Origin: a virus
Lineage: Duplodnaviria; Caudoviricetes
Length of the DNA stretch: 64,000 nucleotides
IMG/VR virus record: IMGVR_UViG_3300025924_000017
Location: 1 to 64,000 of that record
Strand: one strand, 5' to 3'
Shown here: positions 17,815 through 27,154 of the stretch, piece by piece
Layout: each line of letters begins with the position of its first letter
Numbering within the stretch: position 1 is the first letter of the stretch
Translations under genes and position numbers: made by a program
The notes under the pieces: model-generated
The model's database searches: none
What the model was told of the DNA's origin: nothing
The model's input: the letters and a program-made list of their open reading frames with translations, nothing else

Positions 17815-18280
17815 AGCCGCGACCAAAAAGAAATCAGCCAAAAAACGTCAGCTAGTCGATGCCGATATGATCGGCGAGACGCTGCACACCGCACTCCGTA
17901 AGGGCCTCGACAACACATTCAGCGTGGTGGCTTGGAATGCAATCAAGCTCTGCCCGCCGGTCATCTGGCGCGAGTATCTGCACCACCTGATCCCGCAGAC
18001 CGAGAACGTCGAGAAGTGGGGCGGTCACGCGATGAAGCGTGCCCTCGGGTCGTGGAAAGACCACTACCGTGAGGACATCTTCAAGCTTTTTGGCGAGACA
18101 AAAGCACGCCCAGCAAAGCAGGAGATCGAGACAGATGATGGCACCCTCGATCTCAACAACGCCATCGGCTGGGGTGCAATGCTCTCGTACTTGTTCGCAG
18201 GAATAGATGGCGCGTCCGCCGATGCTCTGGCCGCATGGTTCAACCACTGCATTGCCGTCTGGAATGGAGAGGAAGACTGA
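17807..18280 (+). CDS. hypothetical protein
   Basis: Overlapping ORF. Confidence 0.7.
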   Translation: MAKAATKKKSAKKRQLVDADMIGETLHTALRKGLDNTFSVVAWNAIKLCPPVIWREYLHHLIPQTENVEKWGGHAMKRALGSWKDHYREDIFKLFGETKARPAKQEIETDDGTLDLNNAIGWGAMLSYLFAGIDGASADALAAWFNHCIAVWNGEED

Positions 18281-18480
18281 TGCGATGCTCCCTCTGCCCC
18301 GGCAACTGTCGCGGTCCGCTCGGCCGCGATGGGGTCTATCTCGAATGCGGCGTCGATCAGCGTGATGAGATCGCATCGCTCGAAAGCGATCTGACGCGTG
18401 ATCTGGCGCCCGAGGTCAGGGTGCGCATTGAAACGCGTCTAGCGAAGCTTCGCCGGGACAACACAAGGCTGGCGGCATGA
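18280..18480 (+). CDS. small CxxC protein
   Basis: TGATG coupling; MRCSLC. Confidence 0.55.
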   Translation: MRCSLCPGNCRGPLGRDGVYLECGVDQRDEIASLESDLTRDLAPEVRVRIETRLAKLRRDNTRLAA

Positions 18481-18674
18481 CGGAGATCAGGGTCATCCGT
18501 AATAGCGGACGGATCGGAATGCCTTGGCAGGTCGTCTCGGGGACCTACGTCCCTTGGGCACGTGGGACCAAAATTGCCGGGCGCAAATGGCGCACGCAGG
18601 TGGTCCTCGCGCAGTTTGCCACCAAAGCACAGGCTGATGACGACTTACGAGATCGTCTGGAGAAAGTGAAATGA
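18477..18674 (+). CDS. hypothetical protein
   Basis: ATGA overlap. Confidence 0.6.
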   Translation: MTEIRVIRNSGRIGMPWQVVSGTYVPWARGTKIAGRKWRTQVVLAQFATKAQADDDLRDRLEKVK

Positions 18675-18683
18675 CGGGCTTCA

Positions 18684-18938
18684 ATGGCTGAAGCGAGCCT
18701 CTTGCCGATCCCCGATAACGTTCGCGATCTCGCGAGGCGTCTGATCGGCACCATCGGAATGGGTGAGTTGCTCGACGAGATCAACGAGCTTTCTCACCGG
18801 GAGGCCAAGCAACTCGATCTCCTAGCCTTACTTTGTGAGAGTTGCGGATGGTGGTTTGCGAAGATCGACATCGTCGATACTGGTACGAAGTATTTCTGCA
18901 AAGAATGCCACAAGGAACACAAGGACGGAGACGAATGA
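18684..18938 (+). CDS. zinc-finger-like protein
   Basis: CESC..CKEC. Confidence 0.65.
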   Translation: MAEASLLPIPDNVRDLARRLIGTIGMGELLDEINELSHREAKQLDLLALLCESCGWWFAKIDIVDTGTKYFCKECHKEHKDGDE

Positions 18939-19165
18939 CCGAGGCAGAGAAAAAGACAATTCGCGCCGTCATCAAGGCGCTTAAGGTCCCGCGTAACCGC
19001 TTCGGTAAGCTCGACGGCGACTCCGCGTCAAAGAACGATCTGCATGTGGAGAAGACGCGACTCAAACTCCCGCACGGCGGCGAAGACACGGCCGACGCCT
19101 GCATGATGGTTCTGCAAGCTCTGATCGGCGAGAAGCCGGTCTCAATTTTGGATGAGAGGAACTGA
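18935..19165 (+). CDS. hypothetical protein
   Basis: ATGA overlap. Confidence 0.6.
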   Translation: MTEAEKKTIRAVIKALKVPRNRFGKLDGDSASKNDLHVEKTRLKLPHGGEDTADACMMVLQALIGEKPVSILDERN

Positions 19166-19731
19166 TGGTACCCAAGGCATTCAAAAAGCTCTCCGACACA
19201 AGCTGGGAATATCGGGGTGTCACGATCAAGTTCAATTCGGGCGGCGGCAATTTCACCGCCAAACTCGGTGAGCGTTCGATCAGCGCACCGTCACTCGAAT
19301 CCATGAAAACGAAGCTCGACACGAATGCCGAGTTCGCGGCCTTCGATGCCTACGTCGAGACCGTGAATTTTTACAGCGGGCAAGGCAAAGCCGATCAGGA
19401 GCGCGCGGTCGCGATCTTCGTGCCGGAAGGGTGGAATGCGGAGAACGGCCGCCGTTCGGGCAGTCGTATCGACCGGCGTATGCTGGTGCCTGTCAAGATC
19501 GTTGGCTTCGACCGCAAAGAGACGCGGTACATCGACGAAAACGGGAAGCTCCATTCGTTGGTGATCCCCGCCGGAGAAGGCGTGATCGAGGCATGGAAAA
19601 GCCTGTGGGACGCGAAAGACCGAAAGGAAGCAGCCCTTCAGCGTGTCGCGGATCAATTCGATGCCGAGATCGAAGAACTCGGAGCGAAGATCGTCGAGCG
19701 CGTAGCATCCGATTATCAACTCACCGGCTGA
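19165..19731 (+). CDS. hypothetical protein
   Basis: GAGGA RBS, TGATG coupling. Confidence 0.7.
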   Translation: MVPKAFKKLSDTSWEYRGVTIKFNSGGGNFTAKLGERSISAPSLESMKTKLDTNAEFAAFDAYVETVNFYSGQGKADQERAVAIFVPEGWNAENGRRSGSRIDRRMLVPVKIVGFDRKETRYIDENGKLHSLVIPAGEGVIEAWKSLWDAKDRKEAALQRVADQFDAEIEELGAKIVERVASDYQLTG

Positions 19732-19738
19732 GGATTTC

Positions 19739-20149
19739 ATGAGCACAGAAACACTTCCGCGTTACGCCTATCTCGCTGCGCAGGCTCGCACTTCCCTTGA
19801 GCCTGACTACAAGCGCAAACACGCTATCAAGATACTTCAGACCGCGATCCTGCGGGCGCCGGTCTCGGTTACATTCACAGCGCTCAAGCACGAACTGACC
19901 ATCCTGATGCGCGAGGCTTACGAGTGCGCGGCGCACGATCTGGAGCATCGTCAGAACGCCATCGGCTGTCTCTACGGCGCCGAGCGCGTGCTATACGGCC
20001 TAGAAGCCATGAGAGTATCCGACACGCATAAGGTCTTGCGTGAAGCGGTCGAGCACGCCCATTCAATCCTGTCGGCGGAGAACAGCGCAGAAATCGACAC
20101 GCTCATCGACCTAGCGGTCAAGACTGCGGAGTTTCTGGAAACGTTGTGA
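19739..20149 (+). CDS. hypothetical protein
   Basis: GAGGA RBS. Confidence 0.65.
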   Translation: MSTETLPRYAYLAAQARTSLEPDYKRKHAIKILQTAILRAPVSVTFTALKHELTILMREAYECAAHDLEHRQNAIGCLYGAERVLYGLEAMRVSDTHKVLREAVEHAHSILSAENSAEIDTLIDLAVKTAEFLETL

Positions 20150-20382
20150 TGGATCGCAAGCCGGGAATGAAGTATTACGACGGCGAGGAGACCGCATTTG
20201 CCAAGAAACTCATGTTCGAGGGTTCCACGGCGGCCGTCACCCACGCAGGCACGCAGGCGAATCCCTACCCGGAGGGAAGTGTGGAGCACAAGTGGTGGAA
20301 AGTCGGTTACATTCGAACTTTCGTGACTACTTGGGTTGATGGGAACATCGGGCCGGAAGGGCAGCCGCCGCGTGTCCAGTGA
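20149..20382 (+). CDS. RMF-like motif protein
   Basis: EG..A...NPYPEGSVEHKWWKVGY. Confidence 0.55.
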   Translation: MDRKPGMKYYDGEETAFAKKLMFEGSTAAVTHAGTQANPYPEGSVEHKWWKVGYIRTFVTTWVDGNIGPEGQPPRVQ

Positions 20383-20426
20383 TTTGTCCTGAGGGGGTTG
20401 ACAATTAAAATCGGGATTGCTATACT
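20378..20426 (+). promoter_or_regulatory. sigma70-type promoter, probably leaderless
   Basis: TTGACA 20398-20403, TATACT 20421-20426; ATG 6 nt later. Confidence 0.8.
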
Positions 20427-20432
20427 CTGCAC

Positions 20433-21404
20433 ATGATCACGAAGACGCCCCGGATCGACACCTACAACCGCCGTATGACCACCGCTCGCGGCTTGCTGGC
20501 GAAGGGCTTCACCGCCAAGTCACATCGCAAGGACGCGATGGATTATTGCAATCGCGCCTTCGAAGACGCAATGGATTTGATTGGCGACAAGCTGATCGCG
20601 GCGCGGGATGCCAAGACCATGGACGATCAGTCCAAGGAATGGCGCGATCTCTACTGGGGCCGCCCGCAGGCGCACGTCTGGAACGAACAGAAAGCCGCGC
20701 CGTTTCGCAAGCACTTTCCCGATCTGGTCAAGCTCGCCGACGACGCCGCCGCGCTTCGCCAGCAGTGCAAGGACGCAGATATCGTCGCCAAGGCGCCCTC
20801 CAAGCGCCAACAGCAGCTTGCCGTCGAAGATGCCAAGCGCATGACCTGTCAGATTTGCGGTCGCCCAATCCTCGCCGAGACTGGCAGGATCGCCCACCAC
20901 GGCTATCAGCGTCCCGGCACTGGCTGGCAGACCGAAAGCTGTGCCGGGGCTCTGGAGCTTCCCTATGAAGTCTCGCGGGACGTGATCCTCAAGTTGATCC
21001 CCACCGCCATTGAGCGCGAGAAGAATCAGGCTGCGTTCATCAAACGCCTCCGGAACGAAGAGACGCCGATCATTGCGACCTTCGAGATCGGCGAGCGTTG
21101 GAACAGCACGCGGCAGACGAAGCTCGTCACGTTCAACCGCGAGACTTTCCCCTATGCCTACTATTTCGCGCCGAATGCGTTCCAGAGCGGACGCGTAAAC
21201 GATGATGGCACGGTCTACGACTATGACAAGCGCAAAGCGGTCCCGGCGTTCGACTACTTCCTCGACAAGGCGGTCGGCTGGGCGGAAACGGAACTCCGGC
21301 AGATGAAGGACTGGCGCAAGTATCTGGAGAAACGCCGGGATGCGTGGAAGATCACGCACAAATGGACCGAGGGCGGCTGGGTGAAGATCGAAGAGGCGCC
21401 GTGA
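20433..21404 (+). CDS. conserved phage protein with CQIC..HHGY..C putative metal site
   Basis: TCQICGR..IAHHGYQRPG.GWQTESC motif. Confidence 0.75.
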   Translation: MITKTPRIDTYNRRMTTARGLLAKGFTAKSHRKDAMDYCNRAFEDAMDLIGDKLIAARDAKTMDDQSKEWRDLYWGRPQAHVWNEQKAAPFRKHFPDLVKLADDAAALRQQCKDADIVAKAPSKRQQQLAVEDAKRMTCQICGRPILAETGRIAHHGYQRPGTGWQTESCAGALELPYEVSRDVILKLIPTAIEREKNQAAFIKRLRNEETPIIATFEIGERWNSTRQTKLVTFNRETFPYAYYFAPNAFQSGRVNDDGTVYDYDKRKAVPAFDYFLDKAVGWAETELRQMKDWRKYLEKRRDAWKITHKWTEGGWVKIEEAP

Positions 21405-21670
21405 ACGATATCGAAATCGTCATGGGTCCTCTAGGTGCAGCGTTCGTCAAGGCTGGAAAGGCCGTGGCGACCGCGCGTATTGTACGGAACACATGGGTAC
21501 TAAGCATCCCGGGACACGTCTGGCCTGTCACACCCGATATGCCGACCGCGCGCTTCAACAAGATTCCCGGCGACAAGATCACCTCCATATCCAGCAAGGC
21601 ATTTCCGTCGCGAGATGCGGCGTTGGCAGAAGTGGTCCACGTTGTTGGGTCGGCCGAGAATGGCTTGTGA
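21401..21670 (+). CDS. hypothetical protein
   Basis: GTGA overlap. Confidence 0.6.
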   Translation: MNDIEIVMGPLGAAFVKAGKAVATARIVRNTWVLSIPGHVWPVTPDMPTARFNKIPGDKITSISSKAFPSRDAALAEVVHVVGSAENGL

Positions 21671-21680
21671 TCCGGTCCGG

Positions 21681-21729
21681 ATTATTTTGTCCGATAAGCG
21701 TTGACAAACCACCATCTACCGTGTAGGTG
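21681..21729 (+). promoter_or_regulatory. sigma70-type promoter, probably leaderless
   Basis: ATTATTTTGTCC 21681; TTGACA 21701-21706; TAGGTG; ATG 21736. Confidence 0.7.
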
Positions 21730-21735
21730 ATCCTC

Positions 21736-21981
21736 ATGAATGAAGACCCAAAGATCACGACCAAGCACGTGGCTCCGCAGGAAGCCCTCAAGCTCTTGGG
21801 CTGGGACCTTAACCACCCAACGAAGGGAAAGGTCATGGTCAGTACGGGCGCCATCCGTGTGAAGTACTATTCCGCACGTTATCGCGTCGGCGATGGTCAT
21901 CTACTTTATCGGTGGGGTCGGCTGACCGAGGCCGTATTGACCTACATTGATGGGAAATTCTCACACGCGTGTTTTTCGTGA
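21736..21981 (+). CDS. hypothetical protein
   Basis: Promoter-proximal ORF. Confidence 0.6.
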   Translation: MNEDPKITTKHVAPQEALKLLGWDLNHPTKGKVMVSTGAIRVKYYSARYRVGDGHLLYRWGRLTEAVLTYIDGKFSHACFS

Positions 21982-22409
21982 TGGCGAAGAAACTGATCTA
22001 CCGCAAAGCCGAGCGTAAAAAGATTTGCGACGCCGCGATGGCTGCCTATGAAGCCTTCACGCCGGTCAAGGTGCGGGGTGAACGAGTTGAGAGTACCATC
22101 TACCCCCGCATCGGGACGCCTACCTACACCTTCCAAACGCGCCTCGGGTTGATCGACACGAGCGTCGATACATCGGAAGGTATGTGCCACGTCTACTTCC
22201 AATTCGACGACACGCCTGCGAGGGAGAGTCTCTACGATCTCAAATGGGACGCATCTCTCAATCCTCATTGCGGGAAATGGAACGCGTGGACGACGCCTGA
22301 TGGTTCCCCTGACCCGTTAGATCGCGAGGCCGGTGCATTACTTCTGGTCTCCAAGCTCAAACAGTTACTCACCGATCTCGAAGTCGATCCGATCAAGGCG
22401 GCGGCATGA
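21981..22409 (+). CDS. hypothetical protein
   Basis: TGATG coupling; NPHCGKWN motif. Confidence 0.65.
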   Translation: MAKKLIYRKAERKKICDAAMAAYEAFTPVKVRGERVESTIYPRIGTPTYTFQTRLGLIDTSVDTSEGMCHVYFQFDDTPARESLYDLKWDASLNPHCGKWNAWTTPDGSPDPLDREAGALLLVSKLKQLLTDLEVDPIKAAA

Positions 22410-22678
22410 GCAAACGCCATCCCTACACCAACCAACTCCGTCGCGACATCCGCACCAACATCGATCCGGCGTTCGCGGACGGCGTCTGGGTGCGCGGGTT
22501 CAGCGAGCCTGCTTCGAGCGGTGCCGTCGCATGGGCCGGTCACGGACGCCAGACGCCGCAGGCGTTCGAGGCCGTACAGGCGGCGCTCACGAAGGCAGGC
22601 TGGCCCTTCGTTTGCATTGGGAAGAAGGGCACGTCGGGCGAGTACATCGTGGATGTGCTACCGAGGAAAGAAAGCTGA
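22406..22678 (+). CDS. hypothetical protein
   Basis: ATGA overlap. Confidence 0.6.
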   Translation: MSKRHPYTNQLRRDIRTNIDPAFADGVWVRGFSEPASSGAVAWAGHGRQTPQAFEAVQAALTKAGWPFVCIGKKGTSGEYIVDVLPRKES

Positions 22679-22902
22679 TGGCCGATCAGAAAACAAAGCG
22701 CCGTTGCCGTAAAGCGCTCCGCGTCGCACGCCAACTTGCGATCAGGCGAGGCGGAGAATACTGCGTCTTCGCACGCCGGGCGCGTCGAGGACTCAAGTTC
22801 GACGTCACACGCGATATAGACAGTGCGTGGAAAGCCGGTGGGTATCTCGCGGTGGTTTCACCACATTCAACGAAATACGATCTCAAGAGGTTTTGCATCT
22901 GA
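22678..22902 (+). CDS. small basic protein
   Basis: TGATG coupling. Confidence 0.6.
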   Translation: MADQKTKRRCRKALRVARQLAIRRGGEYCVFARRARRGLKFDVTRDIDSAWKAGGYLAVVSPHSTKYDLKRFCI

Positions 22903-23696
22903 TGTGGGCAATCCAGTCGAACTTCATCTACCACCAGAACGTCGTCGAGATCGTCGCCGCACTCAACAAGCTGAAGATTCCCTACGTGACGCTCGGCATC
23001 ATGCCGTTCTCACGGGAGCTTAAGCTGGATCGCGACAACGATGAAGATGTCGCCGGGCTCGGTCTCGATATCCTGCCGTATGGCTCGACCACGCTGCTCA
23101 AGATCGCGATGGAGCGTGGCTGGAAACGCCTGTCGTTCAACGACAACTTTGACTTTCGTTGCTGGCAGGGCGCTCGACGCCGCGATATGCTCAACCGCGA
23201 CGGTTTTGTTTGCACGGTTGCGGAAGCAGCCGCACACGCCGCGAAGCGTGATCCGAATGAGATGTTTTTCATTCGCCCAGTTGGTGATCTGAAATTGTTC
23301 TCCGGAACGGTAGCTCCGGCATCGGAGATCGCGCGTTGGATGCAGTCGGCGGAAAGCGGTCATTTCACGTTCACGAATGACGATCTGGTCGTTCTCGCGC
23401 CGCCGAAAAAGATTCTAGCGGAATGGCGTTATTTCATCTGCAACGAACAAATCGTATCTGGTAGCCAGTACCGGTCGCGGGGGCAGTTGTGCGTGAAGCG
23501 AGAGACCGATCCCAACGTCCTAAAAGAGGCTCAAATGTTCGCGGACGTGTGGTTGCCCCACCGCAATTGCGTGATGGACCTCGCACTCGATGGTGACGGT
23601 GTAGTGCAGGTGATCGAGTTCAATTGCATCAATGGCAGCGGGTTCTACGATCACGATATTGAACGGATCGTGGTGGCACTAGAGAAGGCCAGCTAG
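22902..23696 (+). CDS. ATP-grasp domain protein (DUF4343/R2K-like)
   Basis: PYGSTTL, FIRP..LKLFSG, EWRYFI..IVSGSQY, VMDLA..IEFNCINGSGFY. Confidence 0.82.
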   Translation: MWAIQSNFIYHQNVVEIVAALNKLKIPYVTLGIMPFSRELKLDRDNDEDVAGLGLDILPYGSTTLLKIAMERGWKRLSFNDNFDFRCWQGARRRDMLNRDGFVCTVAEAAAHAAKRDPNEMFFIRPVGDLKLFSGTVAPASEIARWMQSAESGHFTFTNDDLVVLAPPKKILAEWRYFICNEQIVSGSQYRSRGQLCVKRETDPNVLKEAQMFADVWLPHRNCVMDLALDGDGVVQVIEFNCINGSGFYDHDIERIVVALEKAS

Positions 23697-23956
23697 TGGC
23701 GATCCACCCCAAGGACATCGGCTCCGACAACCCGCGCATCCAATGCGCATGCTGCGCGAAGTGGAAACGTCTGCACGGCCGCGATCCTGTCACCGGCGAG
23801 GCGATCCAGAGATTCTTTGGAGGATGCTCTCACAACAAGGGCGGCGATCATCTCGCGGCGAAGACTGTGGATACAAACGACGTGTGCGCGAATTGTTGCG
23901 ATACGAAATGCAAGGAGATTGCCGATGGAAATGCGGCCCCTCGTTCCAGCGCCTAA
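23696..23956 (+). CDS. small Cys-rich protein
   Basis: CACC..CANC..C. Confidence 0.55.
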   Translation: MAIHPKDIGSDNPRIQCACCAKWKRLHGRDPVTGEAIQRFFGGCSHNKGGDHLAAKTVDTNDVCANCCDTKCKEIADGNAAPRSSA

Positions 23957-24098
23957 GCGCGTCCCGTCGCCTGACGAGCTTGCGACCGAGATCGAGGAAC
24001 TGCGTGCCGTTGTCCTTTCGCTGGCGAAGCAAACCGGCGCGGCGATGCGGTGGGAAACGTTTGGCGATCTTGCACGGAGATTAGGAGCTAGTTCATGA
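23925..24098 (+). CDS. hypothetical protein
   Basis: GGAG RBS. Confidence 0.55.
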   Translation: MEMRPLVPAPKRVPSPDELATEIEELRAVVLSLAKQTGAAMRWETFGDLARRLGASS

Positions 24099-24271
24099 GT
24101 CCAACCATCGAAATCGCGAACCCCAAGGAAGTGCAACGCCTCTTGAATGAGCGGCACGGCCAGATCGGCTTCTTCGAGGCCATGACGTTGACCGCCGATC
24201 AGTGGGCGCTACGCAATGGACAAAAGGCCGCCATCGAGGCTGAACTGCTCGGGCGCGTATCGCGGGCGTAG
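24095..24271 (+). CDS. hypothetical protein
   Basis: AGGAG RBS; hand translation MSPTIEIANP.. Confidence 0.55.
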   Translation: MSPTIEIANPKEVQRLLNERHGQIGFFEAMTLTADQWALRNGQKAAIEAELLGRVSRA

Positions 24272-24424
24272 GACTAACGAATGCCTCAGAACAATACACC
24301 ACTGTCTACGCATCTGATCCGTATCCTCGTCGGTGGGACAATCCTCGGCGGATTGTTGCAGATGTGGATTCTACATTGAGCCGGGCAGGATAGTATGAAG
24401 CGGAAAATCTGGCTCACGCTGGTA

Positions 24425-24473
24425 TTTATTGTGGCCGTCATCTGTTGACAAAACAATCCGGCCCTGATACAAG
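24425..24473 (+). promoter_or_regulatory. sigma70-type promoter, probably leaderless
   Basis: TTGACA 24445-24450; TACAAG; ATG 24480. Confidence 0.65.
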
Positions 24474-24479
24474 ACCGCC

Positions 24480-24677
24480 ATGGCTAAACCAAACCGCACC
24501 GTTGCCGAGTTCCGACGCAAGCATCCTCGCGTCAAGACGGTCGAGGAGAAGGCTGCCGAACAGGCCCGGCTCGACGCCAGCCCGCTGAAAGCCATCATGG
24601 ACAAGGTCGGCTCCGGTGAGTGGACGGTGGAGCAGGGTGTTGAGGCGGTTGAGAAGCTGAACAAGGGTGAGGGATAG
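24480..24677 (+). CDS. hypothetical protein
   Basis: Promoter-proximal ORF. Confidence 0.6.
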   Translation: MAKPNRTVAEFRRKHPRVKTVEEKAAEQARLDASPLKAIMDKVGSGEWTVEQGVEAVEKLNKGEG

Positions 24678-24683
24678 CCCATA

Positions 24684-24962
24684 ATGAAACAGAATCTAAC
24701 CGAACACGGTCTTGCCTTCCCGCAGGTTCACCTCAACGGCACCTCGAAGGAAGCTCTTGAGGAAGGGCTGCGCGACGCCGCAGCCGCCGTTGAGAAAGCT
24801 CGGGAGATGTTGCAGGGAGCCGCGCCTCACGGTCGTGATTACTACGTGCAGACCAGTGCGGCGTTCACACTCGCTCAAGCGCAGCATTTGAAGCGGTTGG
24901 AGTCGTTGAACACGATCTACACCGAACTCACCGAAGTCTGGGAAGCTGTGGCAAATCAGTAG
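24684..24962 (+). CDS. conserved phage hypothetical protein
   Basis: VHLNGTS..PHGRDYY motif. Confidence 0.7.
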   Translation: MKQNLTEHGLAFPQVHLNGTSKEALEEGLRDAAAAVEKAREMLQGAAPHGRDYYVQTSAAFTLAQAQHLKRLESLNTIYTELTEVWEAVANQ

Positions 24963-24991
24963 CACGGCAGTTGACATTTGAAGGGTGGCGC

Positions 24992-25147
24992 ATGACATCA
25001 GATCACTATCGCGAACGTTTGCATCCCATCAGCCGTCCGATCTACGACGTGCTGTGGCGCGCTTTCTTCGTGGTTGCACTTTTGCTGCGCCCAGTCGCCC
25101 GGCTGATCGTGTGGGGATACTGCAAGTGGGAGGATCGCAAGCCGTGA
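24992..25147 (+). CDS. small membrane protein
   Basis: Hand translation MTSDHYRERL..LWRAFFVVALLL. Confidence 0.45.
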   Translation: MTSDHYRERLHPISRPIYDVLWRAFFVVALLLRPVARLIVWGYCKWEDRKP

Positions 25148-25347
25148 AGGAAGTCCACTTCGAGCACTTCCAGTTCATGGGCGCCGCCTACAGCATTCGT
25201 GCCGATCTCTACACGGCATTGCTCAAGACCATCGAGCGCGACGACTGCGTTCCCGATCTGGATACGTGGCCCGTGCGGCAGTTGAAGCGGAAGCCGAGGG
25301 CGAGTGATCGTAAGATCGAGCCGGACCGGCGGCGCATGGCTGAGTGA
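25144..25347 (+). CDS. hypothetical protein
   Basis: GGAGGA RBS, GTG start. Confidence 0.5.
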   Translation: MKEVHFEHFQFMGAAYSIRADLYTALLKTIERDDCVPDLDTWPVRQLKRKPRASDRKIEPDRRRMAE

Positions 25348-25658
25348 GGCGACCAGTAGCCGTTATGTTCGAGAACCTTCCCAAAGACGCGGTCGGTCTT
25401 CAGCTTCATCGTTTTCGTGGTGAGGAACTGATCGCCTGTGAGCCGGTTTGCTTTGTCAAAGGCTACCAAGCGGTTCATACCACGCTGCGCCGGGCACAGA
25501 TTTCCGGACGCGTCGAAATCGGCGGCGATATCGAGAACCATTTTGCCGACGTGCTCAACGCAAATGGCGACCTGATCGAGACGGTCGCGTTGGATAGTGG
25601 GAGCTACGGCATCCTCAAGAACAGGTGGATGAAATGCAAGGTTCAAAAGGACACGTGA
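25344..25658 (+). CDS. hypothetical protein
   Basis: GTGA overlap. Confidence 0.65.
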   Translation: MRRPVAVMFENLPKDAVGLQLHRFRGEELIACEPVCFVKGYQAVHTTLRRAQISGRVEIGGDIENHFADVLNANGDLIETVALDSGSYGILKNRWMKCKVQKDT

Positions 25659-25768
25659 GTCCGATGGAAGACGTCGCACGGAGCCGTATGCTGTGGCTCG
25701 GGCTTTCGCTTATCGAGTGGTGCAAAGCGGCGACCGGCGCCGACAAATGGCGGAGGAAGTACTGATCC

Positions 25769-26002
25769 ATGGGTGAATTGATCATCCTTGGTGATTCCTC
25801 GCCGCTCTCTGAGACGCCGCTTGAATTCGTCCGGCGTAACGGACCGACGCTGACGCATGAAATTCAATATCGTTTCGGACTGCGACACGCCAAAGATGCC
25901 TACGAACTGATGGTCAAATTGCGTCGAAAGAAACTCGTGACATCAAAACGGGTGACACACGAGTTCGGTGCGTCTTTGGAATGGAAGGTTATAGATGCGT
26001 AA
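25769..26002 (+). CDS. possible winged-helix protein
   Basis: GGAGG RBS; GPTLTHEI..YELMVKL..LVTSK pattern. Confidence 0.55.
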   Translation: MGELIILGDSSPLSETPLEFVRRNGPTLTHEIQYRFGLRHAKDAYELMVKLRRKKLVTSKRVTHEFGASLEWKVIDA

Positions 26003-26017
26003 GGCGGTGGCTCAGCA

Positions 26018-26287
26018 GTGCTTGCAGGCTCGCACGTGAGGAAATCCATCCGCGCCCGTCTCGCTACCAAGCTCACCGAAGCTCTCGGCTTCGAGGTCAA
26101 GGCCGACGATCTCACGGCCGCGCAGGGCGCTTACCGCACCGGCAATGGAGACTACTTCCGATGGGAAGCCGCCCGGCACAGCATCGCCTCATGGTCTACG
26201 ATGACAAACTGCCTGCGGAAAGGGTTCAACGTGACGACCGGGAAGACGTGCGCGGGAACGCGGAATCAGATCGATGCGAAGGATTGA
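26018..26287 (+). CDS. hypothetical protein
   Basis: ORF track; start uncertain. Confidence 0.55.
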   Translation: MLAGSHVRKSIRARLATKLTEALGFEVKADDLTAAQGAYRTGNGDYFRWEAARHSIASWSTMTNCLRKGFNVTTGKTCAGTRNQIDAKD

Positions 26288-26290
26288 CTC

Positions 26291-26470
26291 ATGAAGCGTT
26301 ACACAGTGTTGATGTTGGTTGAAGATGGTGATCGGACCATAAAGACCGCGCATCGAATCAAGGCTAAGGACGCGAAGGCGGCGTGGGACAGTTATGAGCT
26401 TCGGCAGCATAACGTCGTAGCCGTCGTGGATGGATGGCCCGTCGTCAGTGGGGTCGATGAATTGCAGTGA
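26291..26470 (+). CDS. hypothetical protein
   Basis: Hand translation MKRYTVLMLV.. Confidence 0.5.
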   Translation: MKRYTVLMLVEDGDRTIKTAHRIKAKDAKAAWDSYELRQHNVVAVVDGWPVVSGVDELQ

Positions 26471-26509
26471 GACCCCTTGATGTATCTGATCCGGAGCGGA
26501 GCGGCGTAG

Positions 26510-26558
26510 ATAATCTTGTCTGTCAACAGTTGACAAAATAAACCCTGTGCGCTAGGGG
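26510..26558 (+). promoter_or_regulatory. sigma70-type promoter with TGTCAA-N3-TTGACA core, probably leaderless
   Basis: TTGACA 26530-26535; GC-TAGGGG; ATG 26565. Confidence 0.7.
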
Positions 26559-26564
26559 TGATCC

Positions 26565-26852
26565 ATGTCACAGGATTCAGCACATAAATTTGCTCCCGAC
26601 CGGTTCGTGAAGGTCCGGCTGCGCCCCGGCGTCACCCGCTTGGTGATGAATCCGAAGGCACAGGGTGCGAGCATGGCGGGCTTTCGCGCCACCAAGGCGG
26701 GCGTGAAGTGGGAGCATTACGACGAAGCGCAGGACAAGTTGACTACCGAACTGGTCATCTTCGACCCGGCGGCGATCATCGGCGAGTTCCGTCTGAGCCT
26801 GTTCTACGGCGAGTTGGAGGAAGTGCCCAGCGTATCCGCGAGGAAACCCTGA
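26565..26852 (+). CDS. hypothetical protein
   Basis: Promoter-proximal ORF. Confidence 0.65.
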   Translation: MSQDSAHKFAPDRFVKVRLRPGVTRLVMNPKAQGASMAGFRATKAGVKWEHYDEAQDKLTTELVIFDPAAIIGEFRLSLFYGELEEVPSVSARKP

Positions 26853-26861
26853 TCGGCTCTC

Positions 26862-26910
26862 GTTATTTTGTCCCGCTGCTGTTGACAATACCCCGGTGAC
26901 CTGCTATTGC
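26862..26910 (+). promoter_or_regulatory. sigma70-type promoter, probably leaderless
   Basis: TTATTTTGTCC; TTGACA 26882-26887; GC-TATTGC; ATG 26918. Confidence 0.72.
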
Positions 26911-26917
26911 ATCGGTC

Positions 26918-27139
26918 ATGGGCATAGCAAATCCAAGACCGGCAATGCGGACAAGGGAACGGCGAGTTGCTTTCCTGCGACTCCAGTGGCACGCACTCGC
27001 GACCGGGGAGCAGATGGCTAAGGGGCTGGCAAAGGCAGATGCCAGCCGGGTCGCGATGGCGCTGATCCCGAGCTTGAAGATGTTCGAGAAGCTGGATCGG
27101 ATGCGACAGGCTGCGAAGAAGCTTCGCGCTTCAGCGTAA
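26918..27139 (+). CDS. hypothetical protein
   Basis: Promoter-proximal ORF. Confidence 0.6.
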   Translation: MGIANPRPAMRTRERRVAFLRLQWHALATGEQMAKGLAKADASRVAMALIPSLKMFEKLDRMRQAAKKLRASA

Positions 27140-27154
27140 TGAAAGGCAGTAGGG

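Noticed and set aside
24971-24999. Family promoter at TTGACA 24971
   Set aside because: Lacks the upstream ATTATTTTGTC element and a properly spaced -10.
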